DNA of 64,000 nt from Eledone cirrhosa (lineage: Eukaryota). Location of the stretch: the NCBI GenBank assembly GCA_964016885.1, contig OZ024751.1:9734001-9798000 (forward strand), written 5' to 3'. Below, piece by piece: positions 1-12,175 of the stretch; position 1 is the first letter of the stretch; every line of letters starts with the position of its first letter. Made by a program: the position numbers and the translations under genes. The notes under the pieces were generated by a model. The model was not told the origin of the DNA and ran no database searches. It saw only the letters and a list, made by a program, of their open reading frames with translations.

Positions 1-34
<34 letters not shown>

Positions 35-154
35 CTTCTCTAGTTTTTTCTCTGTCGTCTTGTAACTTCAAAACCTAATTTAGCCTCATCATAGAACCAG
101 AGAGTAAGAGAGATAATAACAACAACAACAACAACAACAACAAAAACAATAATG

Positions 155-206
<52 letters not shown>

Positions 207-498
207 TTTCTTTATTGGCCACAAGGCCTGACATCAAGAAAAACATTACAGACGGCACAGGACGGTACGATGTGGGTTTTGTGCGTGTAAATATTTTTAT
301 TATTTATATAAGAAAAGAAAAAAAAAAGGACATAAAACATATATATATATAAACAATAAAAATGGAAATTGAAACAATGAAAAATTCCCCAATAGGGGAG
401 AAACCTCCGAGGGTTACTCGTGGCGAAATCCACACAAAGACCCCTGCCACCCTGACTACCAGGGCAAGCGCCCTCTCTCAATTTTTCCATCTCTCAAA

Positions 499-3400
499 CT
501 ACAGACGTATATTGAGAGTAGTCCCGTTCACTCGGACCATTCTCGCTACATTCACCCACCTTTCAACAAACTTGCTAGAAGGCAGCACTTGCCTCTCCAC
601 CCTGATTTTCCTCTTCAAGTGAAACTTGAAAAAGTTAATTAGGGATTCGCCGAAGAGGAGTGTGTCTGTCTTTAACCCTTTTAACCTTATCCACCACTCT
701 TCCGCCAATCTCTTTCGCCATGGCCACCAGGCAGATGAAAACCACCTGCCCTTCCTCCTCGAAGGAAGTCAGCGAGAACATCTGCACAATGGACTCAGTC
801 GACAACAGGATCAGTCCCACACGTGACAGCAACTGTTCGACATAGCTCCACAAGTCAGCAATGCTCGGGTACTGAACGAGTGCGTGCACAACGGTTTCGT
901 CGCTCTGCGCGCATCTCGGACAGGCTCGGCTGACGGCACTTCCGTGCCTGTAGAGCTTATCTCGAACAGGAAGCGCTCCCCGGTAGCACTGCCAGGCCAG
1001 AGATTTTTGGAAGTTACCCATAGGCCCCGGGCTGAAAGTTCTCCGGAAGAGAGCAAACAGCTGATCTTCTTCGACGCCCAGGATCTCTCCGAGAATGTCG
1101 TCGCTTCCCCCCCCCCCCCACTAGTCCTCTATAGAACGCCGAGGTGGATGTTCCACCGATACTGGTGCCCAACTGGGAGAGGGCAGTGAGCACCTGAAGA
1201 CATTCCAGTTTCCAAGCGCTATCCCTCGGTCTTTTTCTGACCCAGGACTGCAGCTCCGTCAAGGAGACGAGCTGTGGGAAAACGTGCCTGGCGAACGGCG
1301 ACCACACCCGTTCACCATCAAGGAAGCACCAGAGATGTCGGAGCCTCAGCGCATGCTTGCGCATCATCAGCCATGGCATGCCCAGTCCTCCACGCAACGG
1401 GTGTTGACAGCAGATGGATCGTCTGACCATGGGAGCGCGTCTCTTCCACAAAATGCGGAAGAGTAGGCGCTCCATTTTGGTGAGAGTTGGGCTGGAGCAA
1501 GGGACGACGGATGCGATGTACGCATTCGCCACTTCCGACCGGCCTTTCAGGGACAGCTTCCTCTCAGCCCATATCTGGGTGAGGGAGGCCATGCTGCTCG
1601 TCACCTCGTTCCAGTTTTTCTCCATCTGGAGGTCCGGTCTGAACCAGACCCCGAGCAATTTAACCGGTCCGTCCGTCCAACGCCACACGACGCTGTCGGA
1701 CAGCCTGGACTTGCCTCTCCAGCTGCCGAGCTCCAATCCCACCGAATTTTCCTGGTTTATCTTTGCCCCTGTCATCGCTTCGTATTCCTTGAGAGCGGTG
1801 CCGAGCATCTGGACGTGTCTGGTGCTCGACACCACCACGGTGACGTCGTCAGCGTAAGCCGACTCGGATTTCCCGCATCCTAGTTCGCGTGGGACGCCCC
1901 TCATCGCCCCCAGTTTGTTCAGTAACGGCTCGAGAGCCAATACGTACAAGAGGGACGAGAGGGGACAACCCTGGCGGAAATGAGCGCATGATGCTGAACG
2001 GTTGCGACAGGTGACCGTTCACCCTCACAACTGAGCAGATGTCGCTGTACATTGCTGCGATCCAACGCCTGAAAACAGGCCCGAAACAGGCTGCCTCGAG
2101 GACCGCCGCCAGGTACCGATGGTCGACCCTATCGAATGCTTTGGATTGATCCAAGTTGATCAGGGCCCCACCCTTGCCAGGTTCCTTAACCACCCTCACT
2201 ATGATGTATCGCATGAGGTGGAGGTTGTCGTGTATGGATCTGTCCGGAATGGTGCACGTCTGCGCCTCTCCCACAAGACCCTTGATGACAAGCGCCAACC
2301 TCGTTGCTAACACCTTGGCCAAAATCTTGAACTCTGCGTTTAGCAGGGTTATGGGCCTGAAATTATCGATAACATCCCCCTTGTTCGGGAATTTTCTTAG
2401 CAGCGCCACTGCTCCCCTGCTCACAAAACTGGGAATGCTCCCATTCTGCTGCCAGTTGCAGTAGACGTCTGCCAAGAGGTTACCGAACAACCTGGCATAA
2501 ATGCATAAAGCTCGTAGGGCAGACCATCTAAACCTGGCGATTTACTCCTTGTGCAGTTAGCCATCGCTTTCCGTATTTCACCAGCTGTTATTGGCTTTTC
2601 GCAACACTGTGCTGCGGTCGTCGAGAGCCGAGGCAGTCCGTCGAGGTATGCACTGACGTCTATGCCCCGATCCGGCCGCCGCCGCTCCCGAACAGTTCAG
2701 CAAAGTGCTGCTGAAAAGCTTCACACATCCGCTCGGGTTCGAGCATCACGCACCCGTTTTGGTCAGACAAAGACCGAATTGTGGCTTTGTTGCCACGTCG
2801 CGCCTCTGCCGCCCGGGCCCATTGGACGGCTTTTGTCCCTTCGTGTTTCAGAGCACGCGCTCTAGCTCTGACAACGCAGCCTTCGTGTTTTGCGTTGAAG
2901 AATTGGTCGAGTGCCAATCTCGCCGCAAGCACATCGGTTGCGATGCCTGTCCTAAACGCCTCTTCTAGCTTTCTGACTAGCTCTCCCTCTACTCTATTTT
3001 CCTCTATCACTACTCCTTTGGTAAACCTAATCGACGCTACTTTAATTGCCCTTTACAGGGCGAACCACCACCTGTTGTTGACGACCGCTCCCGTCAACGC
3101 CCGCTTAACTAATACGCTAATCCGGTCTCTGTAGTCTTTGCGCGCCGGGAAAGACGCGTTCAGCTTCCAGTAACCAGGCCCTTGTCTATGAAGTCTGTCT
3201 ATGTCGATCTCACAGATCACAAATTTGTGGTCTGTGTAGTCGACTATTTTAAATTGTGGACAACTTATACTAGCCTTATCTAGTTCTCTGCAGAATACCC
3301 TATCGAGATACGATCTGGATGACCCGATGCGGTTTGTTCATGTCCACATTGGCACATTCGGGTGATCCAGTCGATACCTGTCAGACAGTTCAAAACGTCT

Positions 3401-3907
3401 GAGCAGGTTGGTGAGGCTCTTGCACCCTCCTCCCCTATCCACTAGCCCCACACGATCTCAGCGTGCATCCAAGATACCGTTCCAGTCGCCCACTAACACA
3501 AAAGAGCGGGACGTTCCAAGAAAGGTCTGTAGACGTCTGAAGAAATCTGGCCGTCCTGCCCCTGTTGGGGCGTAGACGGCTACTAGCCTGAAAGCATTGC
3601 CTTCGCTGCCGGTCACGTCCAGCACCACCGACTTACCTTCTGGGTCCAGGAAGATGGCCCGTATCGCGAGATCCAAGCCTGTCCGAAAAAGGACGGCAAC
3701 CCCTCCCCCCGATCCTGGACGGCTGGGAGATGCGTATACATCGTAGCCGCCGAAGATCGGTGCGAAGGCCTGTGCTTCGGAGATTCTGGTTTCACTGATG
3801 GCCACCACATCTATGTTTAGTGACCTGAGGTCATTGAGCAGGTGATCCTGCTTCCAAGATGACCCCAGGCCACGTGCATTTATACTGTCTATTCTGAGTA
3901 CAGCCAT
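499..3907 (-). pseudogene. Tx1 ORF2 (AP endonuclease, reverse transcriptase, zf-RVT), broken by stops and frameshifts
   Basis: APE motifs: MAVLRIDSINARGL, ISETR, VAVYAP, VGDWN, LDR, TDH. Linker YWKLN. RT motifs: KSPGLDGLP, NFRPITLLNAEFKILAK, LDQSKAFDRVDH, YADDV. Then GGLGMP and CPRC..ETVVH. These are spread over ORF pieces 3458-3943, 2660-3010, 1849-2490, 1014-1949, 635-1021 and 499-708. Confidence 0.93.
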
Positions 3908-3939
3908 GTTGGATGAGAAACGGGGCAAGTGAGAAAGGG

Positions 3940-5933
3940 TCACTTACCTTGTTCGTGTGGTGAAGGGACACTAGAACCGTCCCTTTCGCTGGTCATGGGT
4001 GTTTCCAAGAGGATGGCAGTGTATATCCTCTTGGTAACCGTCTCTCTGAAGTCTCCAACTGCCTTGGGGAATTTTTGTTTTAAAGGTTTGTACTGTTCTC
4101 TTGAGATTTCGATGATGCTTATGTTTGTCGGGAGAGTTCTTGGTGTTGGTGGGGTGTAGTAGTTTTTTTTGTGATGTCTGTGTATCGCTTTATATATTGT
4201 ATGAGTTCTTTTTTTGCCATGTTTATGGCTGTGTACGTTTTGGGGGGAGGGGTGATTTTGTTGCTGTTTTCTTCTTGTTGCTGTTTGGTGTGTGTGTCTT
4301 GTTGTGTTTGCGTTGTTGGTGTTTGTGGTGGTGATGGTGGTGGTGTTGCTGCAAGTTTCCTTGCTGCCTTTACCCCTCTTTGTATGCCTTCGCTTTTGGA
4401 GGGTGAATCTAAGGGTTTTTTTGTTTTTTGTGGCAGACCGTTTGCCACTTCACTCCCGCCTCAAACTCCATGTCGGATTCTGTGGTGTCTGGGAGGGGTA
4501 TGTGCTCCACGGCTGTTGGTGGTGGTAGTGGAGCCCTCTTCGGCAATTTTGTTGCTGGTGTAGCTACTTCAAATGTAGCTATTGGAGTTGCCGCTACTGA
4601 TGATGCTGCTTTAGTGATCCGTGGCCTTGGTACGGGTGCTACGGACGTTGCCCTCCTACTCACCGTGGAAGGGGCTTCTTCGTTTGTTGCCTGTCCTGCT
4701 CTTGGTAGCAGCGGACCAGTTATTGGAAGGAGAGGGGCCCTCTTCGCTGTCTTCTGCGGGCAAAAGGCCCTGAGGTGACCCTTCGACCCACAGAGATAAC
4801 ATTTTGGCCGTCTTCCTTCTACACTTATAGGGAGTTGGAGTCCTTCCTCGATGTCTATGATATTGGGGATAGCCTCGATACATTCCTGGTCAGTTTGTAT
4901 AAGCATTTGCATGCCTATACCTGACCAGTTCTCTCTCCATATTTTTTCTACTTGCAGCATGGTCGCCCTGTTCTCAATTCCAGCAAGGACAGACACCGCC
5001 AGCCAAGGTATGGGCACGTCGGGTGGGACCTGGGTCACTTTGAGCCTCACAATTTTCTGCCCGCAGTAGGAGGGCACCATGACTATCTCCTCACTCTTTA
5101 GGGTTTCCAAAGAGTGAGACTTTGCTTCCTGGGGGGTGGCGAAAAGTACGTCTACTGTGGCGTACTTTCTGCCTCGGGTGATGTGTGTTTTGCGTGCCCA
5201 GACGCACCCCAAGGCCTTTTGGATTTGAGCCTCCGTGGCTTTCTCCACTCGATGTGAGATTTTGCTTACGGTGCGGTAAATCACCGTCCGTAGCTGCTGG
5301 TCCTTAAAAAAATCGGGTGGAGGTTTCAGGGAAACTCTATTTGCGCTTCTTGTCACCATGGCCCTTGCGACTGCTATCTCCTCCTCTGTGACTAACACTG
5401 TCTCGATATTTCGGGCGACACCTGCAAAAGAAGTGGTCCCTTTTTCAGCAGCACCACTATTGCTGCCGCTACTGGTCTTACTGGTGGTGCTGAGGTCGCT
5501 ATTACAGGTATCGGTGTCATTGTTGTTGTTTTCGCTGGCACAGTTGTTGGTGTTGTTGTTGTTGTTTTCGTTGATACTGTTGCTGTTGTTACTGTTATTG
5601 TGGCTGTTGTTATTATTGTTGTTTTTGTTGATACTGTTCCTACTATTATTGTTGTTGTGGCTGTTGTTATTGTCATTGTTATTGTCGTTCTCGACCTTAC
5701 CGCTGTTATTTTTGTTATTGTCGTTCTCGACCTTACCGCTGTTATTTTGTTATTGTCGTTCTCGACTTTACCGCTGTTATTTTTGGTGTTGTTGTTGGTG
5801 ATGTTGTTGGTGTTATTGTTGGTGTTGTTTGTGTTAAAAATATTTGTTAATTTAAAAATCTGTAACAATCTTTTTTTCCTTTGTAATATTTTCGTTTATA
5901 TTTACCTCCGCTGGAATGCTGTCTTGTTGACAT
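3940..5933 (-). pseudogene. Tx1 ORF1 (gag-like), frameshifted
   Basis: Probable start MSTRQHSSGG at 5933. An Asn-rich tract with NNSGKVENDN x3 leads to a TSFAGVA motif in frame upstream of ORF 4409-5398, then the knuckle EGRRPKCYLCGSKGHLRAFC. The last frame ends at ...PHEQGK* just before the ORF2 ATG. Confidence 0.8.
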
Positions 5934-6231
5934 GCTGATAAAGTCTCCCTCTCTCTCTCTGTTGTCTGACAGCGCTCTCTCTCTTTCTTGTGTTATCCAT
6001 GTTGAAATTTTCAAAAAGATATTTTTACACAAATACGAATACGACACCCCGTAAAGGGGTGCCGTATTATTTACTAGTGAACCCCTGTATTAGGTGGGTC
6101 ACTTCTAAACTTTTATCAAATTTAAAACTTGAATAAAAGGTTTAGAACGGTTGAAAAAGAGGTAAAACGTTGAAAAAACCTGGAGGCGATAAGAAGCGTG
6201 GCTTCACCAACAATAATAATAATAATAATAA

Positions 6232-6370
6232 TTGTTTCTACTTTTGGTACAAGGCCAGGAATACACCAGTGCATTACTGGTACTTTATTTTATCGACCCC
6301 GTAAGGATGAAAGGCAAAGTTAACCTCGGCGGGATTTGAACTCAGACCATAAAGGACCGTAACTCTATGC
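6232..6370 (-). mobile_element. 5'-truncated tRNA-derived SINE
   Basis: B box GAGTTCAAATCCC, central GCCTTTCATCCTTACGGGGTCGATAAAAT (Nin/Deu-domain-like, from recall), 3' end GGCCTTGTACCAAAAGTAGAAAC plus (ATT)n. Confidence 0.85.
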
Positions 6371-6384
6371 TAATAATAATAATA

Positions 6385-6719
6385 ATGATTTCTTTATTGG
6401 CCACAAGGGCTGACATCAAGAAAAACATTACAGACGGCACAGGACGGTACAGGACGGTACGATGTGGGTTTTGTGCGTGTAAAGATGTTTATTATTTATA
6501 TAAGAAAAGAAAAAGAAAAAGACAGAAACATATATATATATATATAAACAATAAAAATGGAAATTTAAACAATGAAAAATCCCCAATAGGGGGGAAACCT
6601 CCGAGGGTTACTCGTGGCGAAAACCACACAAAAGACCACGGCCACCCTGACCACCAGGGCAAGCGCCCTCTCTCAATTTTTCCATTTCTCAAACTACATG
6701 CGTATATTCAGAGCGGTCC

Positions 6720-6720
<1 letters not shown>
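6385..6720 (-). mobile_element. 5'-truncated 3' fragment of the same Tx1 family
   Basis: Highly similar to 205-520. (AAT)n on both sides. Confidence 0.92.
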
Positions 6721-6751
<31 letters not shown>

Positions 6752-6753
<2 letters not shown>

Positions 6754-6935
6754 TGTTTCTACTTCAGGCACAAGGCCAGCAATTACCCAATGCATTACTG
6801 GTACTTTATTTTATCGACCCCGTAAGGATGAAAGGCAAAGTTAACCTCGGCGGGATTTGAACTCAGAATGGCAAGAGCCGTAACTCTATGTGTCAAAACA
6901 TGGCGTCCGACCATCTACCAATACGTCAAGTTCGC
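6752..6935 (-). mobile_element. tRNA-derived SINE, near full length
   Basis: Same body and tail as 6232-6370, plus a degenerate tRNA head. Confidence 0.85.
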
Positions 6936-6994
6936 TTAACTAGTTGAGATACAAGTGGTCTTCACCAATCAATAGTCGCCATGATGAGGTAGAA

Positions 6995-7222
6995 AGCAAC
7001 AACAACAACAACAACAACAATAACAACAACAACAACAACAACAATAACAATAACATAACAACAATAACAATAATATCAATAACAACAATAGTAATGATAA
7101 TAAACATAATATTAATAATAATGATAACTATAATAATAAATAATAATAATAATAATAGCAACAACAATAACAACAACAACAACAATATCAATAACAACAA
7201 TAATAATAGTAATAATAACAAT

Positions 7223-7277
<55 letters not shown>

Positions 7278-7355
7278 GTAATAATAACGACAACAACAAC
7301 AACAACAACAACAGCAATATCAATAATAACAATAATAATAATAATAATAATAATA
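6995..7355. repeat. Compound (AAC)n/(AAT)n microsatellite
   Basis: Direct reading. Confidence 0.95.
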
Positions 7356-7594
7356 GTATGACAAAGAACACATCGAGCTAACGATGAGGTGACAGATCAG
7401 AGAAGAAATCGATATTTTCCTTTTTATGGATGTTGTTTTTGTTGATTGGTTTTCTTTGTTTGTTATTTGTGTGTTTTGTTGGTATTTTTCGTGGTAGGTT
7501 TCTGCAGGAGGAGAATGGCAACGAGGGGACAGCTGCCATATTTCCCTGGAAACACACAAAACCTCAGGTGGAAATATCTGTCTCCCTGCATTTC

Positions 7595-8100
7595 TGCGTG
7601 TGTCTCTGCGTATGGGGGTGGGTGTGTGTGTGTGTGTGTGTGCGTGTGTGTATGTGTTGCGTGTGTATGTGTGTGTCTGTGTGTGTCTGTGTCTGTACGT
7701 GTGTGTGTGTGTCTGTGTCTGTGTGTTTACGTGTGTCTGTGTGTCTGTGTGTGTGTTTACGCGTATGTGTGTGTGTACGTGTGTATATGTAGGTGTGTGT
7801 GAGTGTGTGTTTACGTGTGTATGTGTGTCTGTGTGTCTGTGTGTGTGCGTATGTGTGTGTATGTGTGTGTTTACGTGTGTCTGTGTGTGTGTGAGTGTGT
7901 ATGTGTGTGTGTATGTATGTGTGTGTGTGTATGTGTTTGTATGTGTGTGTGTTTACGTGTGTCTGTGTATGTGTGTGTGTGTCTCTGTGTGTGTATGTGT
8001 TTACGTGTGTGTGTGTTTCCGTGTGTATGTGTGTGTGTGTGTGGGTGTGTATGTGTGTGTGTATGTGTGCGCGTGTGTGTGTTTACGTATGTGTGTGTGT
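7595..8100. repeat. Degenerate (GT)n microsatellite
   Basis: Direct reading. Confidence 0.95.
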
Positions 8101-8245
8101 TCTACTTCTTACCGTCAGAAATATATTTATCTTTGGCTAGACGTACATAAGTAATTACGTGTGTATATATATTAAAGAAAAACATATAGAATGTATGTAT
8201 TATTTGTATATACATGCATATACACACATTCATATATATATATAT

Positions 8246-8276
<31 letters not shown>

Positions 8277-8604
8277 ATGTGTATGCATGTGGACGTTGAT
8301 TCATATGTCAGTGTACGACTGTATACATATACGATTGTTTGCGTGTGATTGAGAATGGATGGCTGATTATATATATATAATAAACGAAAGACCATCCCAA
8401 TTTATTTATTTATACGTATTTCGACGATGTAAGGCTTCTGTATAACATAAACCAAAACATGTTCTCTTCAGACAAAATCCACGGGAGGTGTAGAAATTCT
8501 TTGATATGCAGGCGGTCAGACGAGTTATTCAGATCCGCCACGGATATATATATATATAGTAATAATAAATTTGAAGACCAAAATCCGAAGAGGGCTCGAT
8601 AAGG

Positions 8605-8640
<36 letters not shown>

Positions 8641-8676
8641 TATATATATATAATGTATAAAAATCAATACAATATA

Positions 8677-8754
8677 ATTACCTCATTACCAGAGGTTTCC
8701 CGAATGAGGCGAATACGAAAGAAACGTCTTCATTCGTTCGTCAGACGAGGCAAT
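8677..8754 (-). ncRNA. Type I hammerhead ribozyme (inverted copy)
   Basis: Reverse complement of 9125-9202. Confidence 0.8.
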
Positions 8755-9124
8755 ATAAAACATGGGTAAATACTTGGAAAGTCTCATCAAGAAAAGCAAA
8801 AAAATATAGACAAATGAATTATAAGTGTACGTGTGTGTAGGTGTGTTTATGCGCGCGCCTTCATATTCTTATGATGTATCTATTCAGTCTGTAGATTACA
8901 GATACACAGATACATTTGCTCTAAATTATATATTTACGCACACTTTTTCACTATACGTATACATATGTGCATACACATATGTGCACATCTGTGAGCATAT
9001 ATACATATACACACACCTAACTATATTTCTTGTAAGATTTTATATATTTCATATTCTAATTCATTTGTCTATATTTTTTTTGCTTTCCTTGATGAGACTT
9101 TCCAAGTATTTACCCATGTTTTAT

Positions 9125-9202
9125 ATTGCCTCGTCTGACGAACGAATGAAGACGTTTCTTTCGTATTCGCCTCATTCGGGAAACCTCTGGTAATGAGGTA
9201 AT
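9125..9202 (+). ncRNA. Type I hammerhead ribozyme
   Basis: Stem I AUUGCCUCGU/AUGAGGUAAU. Core CUGACGA (9135-9141). Stem II CGAAUGA/UCAUUCG. GAAA. Stem III ACC-UCU-GGU. Predicted cleavage after GUA (9192). Position 10.1-11.1 is an A-G mismatch. Confidence 0.8.
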
Positions 9203-9720
9203 TATATTGTATTGATTTTTATACATTAAATTTTGCTCTGGTACTTACATAGAGCACTCTTCACTTCTATGACCTTTTCTGTTTTCAACGGAAATTTCAA
9301 TATAAAGATTTCAATATAAAGATTATATATAGAGATTAAAGTTTAAAGAATCGCTGCTTTCACCCTTAACAGGATCTTCAGAAGATCCCCTTAAGGGTGA
9401 AAGCACCCATTCTTTGCTTAAACTTTAATCTGTTCTTTAATAAATAATATATATATATGTGTGTGTGCGCGTGTGTGTGTGTGTAAATATGACCATCAAT
9501 TGCCTTAACTTTACATAAATACATCCACGAGCTCAAGCTAGTGTAAATTATAACACTTACCCTTGACCTCCTTCACAAGACCCAGACTACTCAAGGAAAA
9601 GTTAAACAACCTGGTCCTTCTAAACTATACCCAATTCTACCAAAGTGTAACCTAGTAAATACGACTAGAGATCAACACTAAGCATGAATTAAATATTAAA
9701 AGAAATATAAGGAAATTAAT

Positions 9721-9945
9721 AATGATTTCTTTATTAACCACAAAGGGCCCACATCAAGAAAAACATTATGACAGTAGAGGACGAAAACATAGTGTGTGAG
9801 TATGTGTGTGTGAGTGTGTATGTGTGTGTGTGGGTGGGGGTGGGGGTGCGTATGTGTGTGTGTGGGGGGGGGGGGTCCGTGAAAACATGTTTTAAAAAAA
9901 GATAACAATAAAATTGAAATGAAGAGAGTTCCTCAATAAGAAAAT
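9721..9945 (-). mobile_element. Diverged Tx1-family 3' UTR fragment
   Basis: ATGATTTCTTTATTAACCACAAAGGGCCCACATCAAGAAAAACATTA resembles 203-250. Confidence 0.65.
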
Positions 9946-9949
9946 GAAT

Positions 9950-10620
9950 AATTATTTCTACTTTTGGCTCAGGACCAACAATTATATCAGTGCATTACTG
10001 GTACTTTATTTCATCGACCTCTGTAAAGATGGAAGGCAAAGCTAACCTCGGCGCGATTAGAACTCAGAACGTAAAGCGCCATAATCTATGCTGCAAAGCA
10101 TGGTGTCTGAGCTCTACCTGATACTGCCATAAGAACCTTAATAAGTGTTTCTACTTTTGGCACATGGCCAGCAATTAACCAGTACATTACTGGTACTTTA
10201 TTATATCGACTCCGTAAGGATGAAAGGCAAAGTTAACCTCGACGGGATTGGAACTCAGATCGTAAAGGGACGTAACTACGCTGGAAAGCATGTCCGACCT
10301 TTCTAGCAATACTGCCATTTCACCAATAATTGTTTCCACTTTTGGCACAAGGCCATCAATTACCCAGTACATTACTGGTACTTTATTTTATCGACCCCGT
10401 AAGGATGAAAGGCAAAGTTAACCTCGGCGGGATTTGAACTCAGACCGTAAAGGGACGTAACTATGCTGGAAAGCATGGCGTCCAACCCTCTACCGATACT
10501 GCCACAATAATTGTTTCTACTTTTGGCACAGGCCAGCAATTAAACAGTACATTACTGGTACTTTATTTTATCGACCCCGTAAGGATGAAAGGCAAAGTTA
10601 ACCTCGGCGGGATTTGAACG
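9950..10620 (-). mobile_element. Four SINE copies in a head-to-tail array
   Basis: Units at about 9952-10128, 10146-10318, 10328-10505 and 10508-10620. A box-like TGGCAGTATCGG, B box GAGTTCAAATCCC, short AAT linkers. Confidence 0.88.
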
Positions 10621-10943
10621 ATACTGTCACATTAATGATAGCTAGAAGCAATCAAACGTGACATAAAGCAATAAACCTTTACCCAATAAAGCATATTTGC
10701 CAACATGCTACAGGCTAACACAACGGCGAAATAATTTAATACAAACCAGAATTAGAAAATGAAAATAAAGAAAATGACCATATATGTGACAGTTATAGAA
10801 AATCCTACTCGACACTTTATATTACTTAACTAACACACAAAAGCATCAAATAAAATACTACAATATCCCCTCACCCGAATCATGTATGTGTGTGTAAATC
10901 CAGCACTGCTTGTTAAATTTGTTGAGAAACCCGCATAGGGCTC

Positions 10944-11397
10944 CGCCTGAAAGTGACTGAAATTAGGGCCACTTACCCTGCCATCCTTCGACCATGATAT
11001 CAATGCACTTGTCTCCCAGCCAGACTACTATCAACAACCTGTCATGTCAAGTTATGATGGTGGTGGTCCCCCGCCTGAATGTGACCAAAATCAGGGCCAC
11101 TAACCCTGTCGTCCTTCGTCTGGGATATCAATGCAGACTACTATCAACAACCTGTCATGTCAAGCTATGATGGTGGTGGGCCCCCGCCTGAATGTGACCA
11201 AAATCAGGGCCACTAACCCTGTCATCCTTCGTCTGTGATATCAATACAGACTACTATCAACAACCTGTCATGCAAAGCTATGATGGTGGTGGGCCCCCGC
11301 CTGAATGTGACCAAAATCAGGGCCACTAACCCTGTCGTCCTTCGTCTGTGATATCAATACAGACTACTATCAACAACCTGTCATGCAAAGCTATGCT
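10944..11397. repeat. 113-bp tandem repeat (about 4 copies, first unit 128 bp)
   Basis: CGCCTGAA starts at 10944, 11072, 11185 and 11298. Confidence 0.9.
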
Positions 11398-12066
11398 GGC
11401 GAGTGACTCCGTCATTCATTAAACACATGGCTTTAATCACGTATGCCCTAGAATCAACTTCAGCAATCTTAAACCACGCCATACATTTAAAGACAAATGT
11501 ACCATAAACGTTGCCAAGCATTTCTGACAGATTAGTAGATTCTGGCCAGATGGGATATACAGGAATTTAAAGGATCCAATAGCATCTGGTCAGATGTAAA
11601 ATATCGGCCTCACTAATTATTTTCCTATTCAGTTAAGAAAGCTTTAAATTTGTGTATAGGTTATAGGTGTCTTCATGTATATAGAGAGAACAGAAAAGTT
11701 AGGGAAGTAGGTGCCTTCAGAATATCACATATATGCGGACTAACTATCCGCCCACTTCTGGTCTGGCCTGCTTACAACATATTTTAAATATTACAGAATT
11801 TATTAAATTAAGATATATTACTCAAGCCAGTATCTCATGTTATAGAGAAGTTACGATCTATTTGTAATAATTATATTATTTAATCAATTATGACAATGCG
11901 AACTGTTGCTCTGGGTAACAGATATGAATTTCTATATCTGCTTCGTTGGTCTAACTTGTTGAAATATTTAGTTTTAGGGTAAAAAACTGACCGAAATGGT
12001 GTTAGATACTAAACATAGCATTACTGTACTTAGCTACGGCTAATGGCCTAACAACATCCTATGTTG

Positions 12067-12115
<49 letters not shown>

Positions 12116-12135
12116 CTCTATATCTCTCTCTCTCG

Positions 12136-12174
<39 letters not shown>

Positions 12175-12175
12175 A

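Larger units (their letters stand above)
205..6208 (-). mobile_element. Full-length, degenerate Tx1-like (L1 clade) non-LTR retrotransposon
   Basis: Two-ORF layout: ORF1 with a CCHC knuckle, ORF2 with APE-RT-zinc finger. The minus-strand 3' end reads GGCCTTGTGGCCAATAAAGAAATC followed by (ATT)n. (AAT)n flanks both ends (about 150-204 and 6211-6232). Confidence 0.92.
8652..9228 (+). mobile_element. Non-coding Penelope-like pseudo-LTR element with about 170 bp inverted repeats, each carrying a hammerhead
   Basis: 8652-8821 is the near-perfect reverse complement of 9057-9228. It is adjacent to (TA)n. Confidence 0.75.

Noticed and set aside
10328-10505. tRNA gene suggested by the A and B boxes
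   Set aside because: There is no cloverleaf, and the boxes belong to the SINE head.
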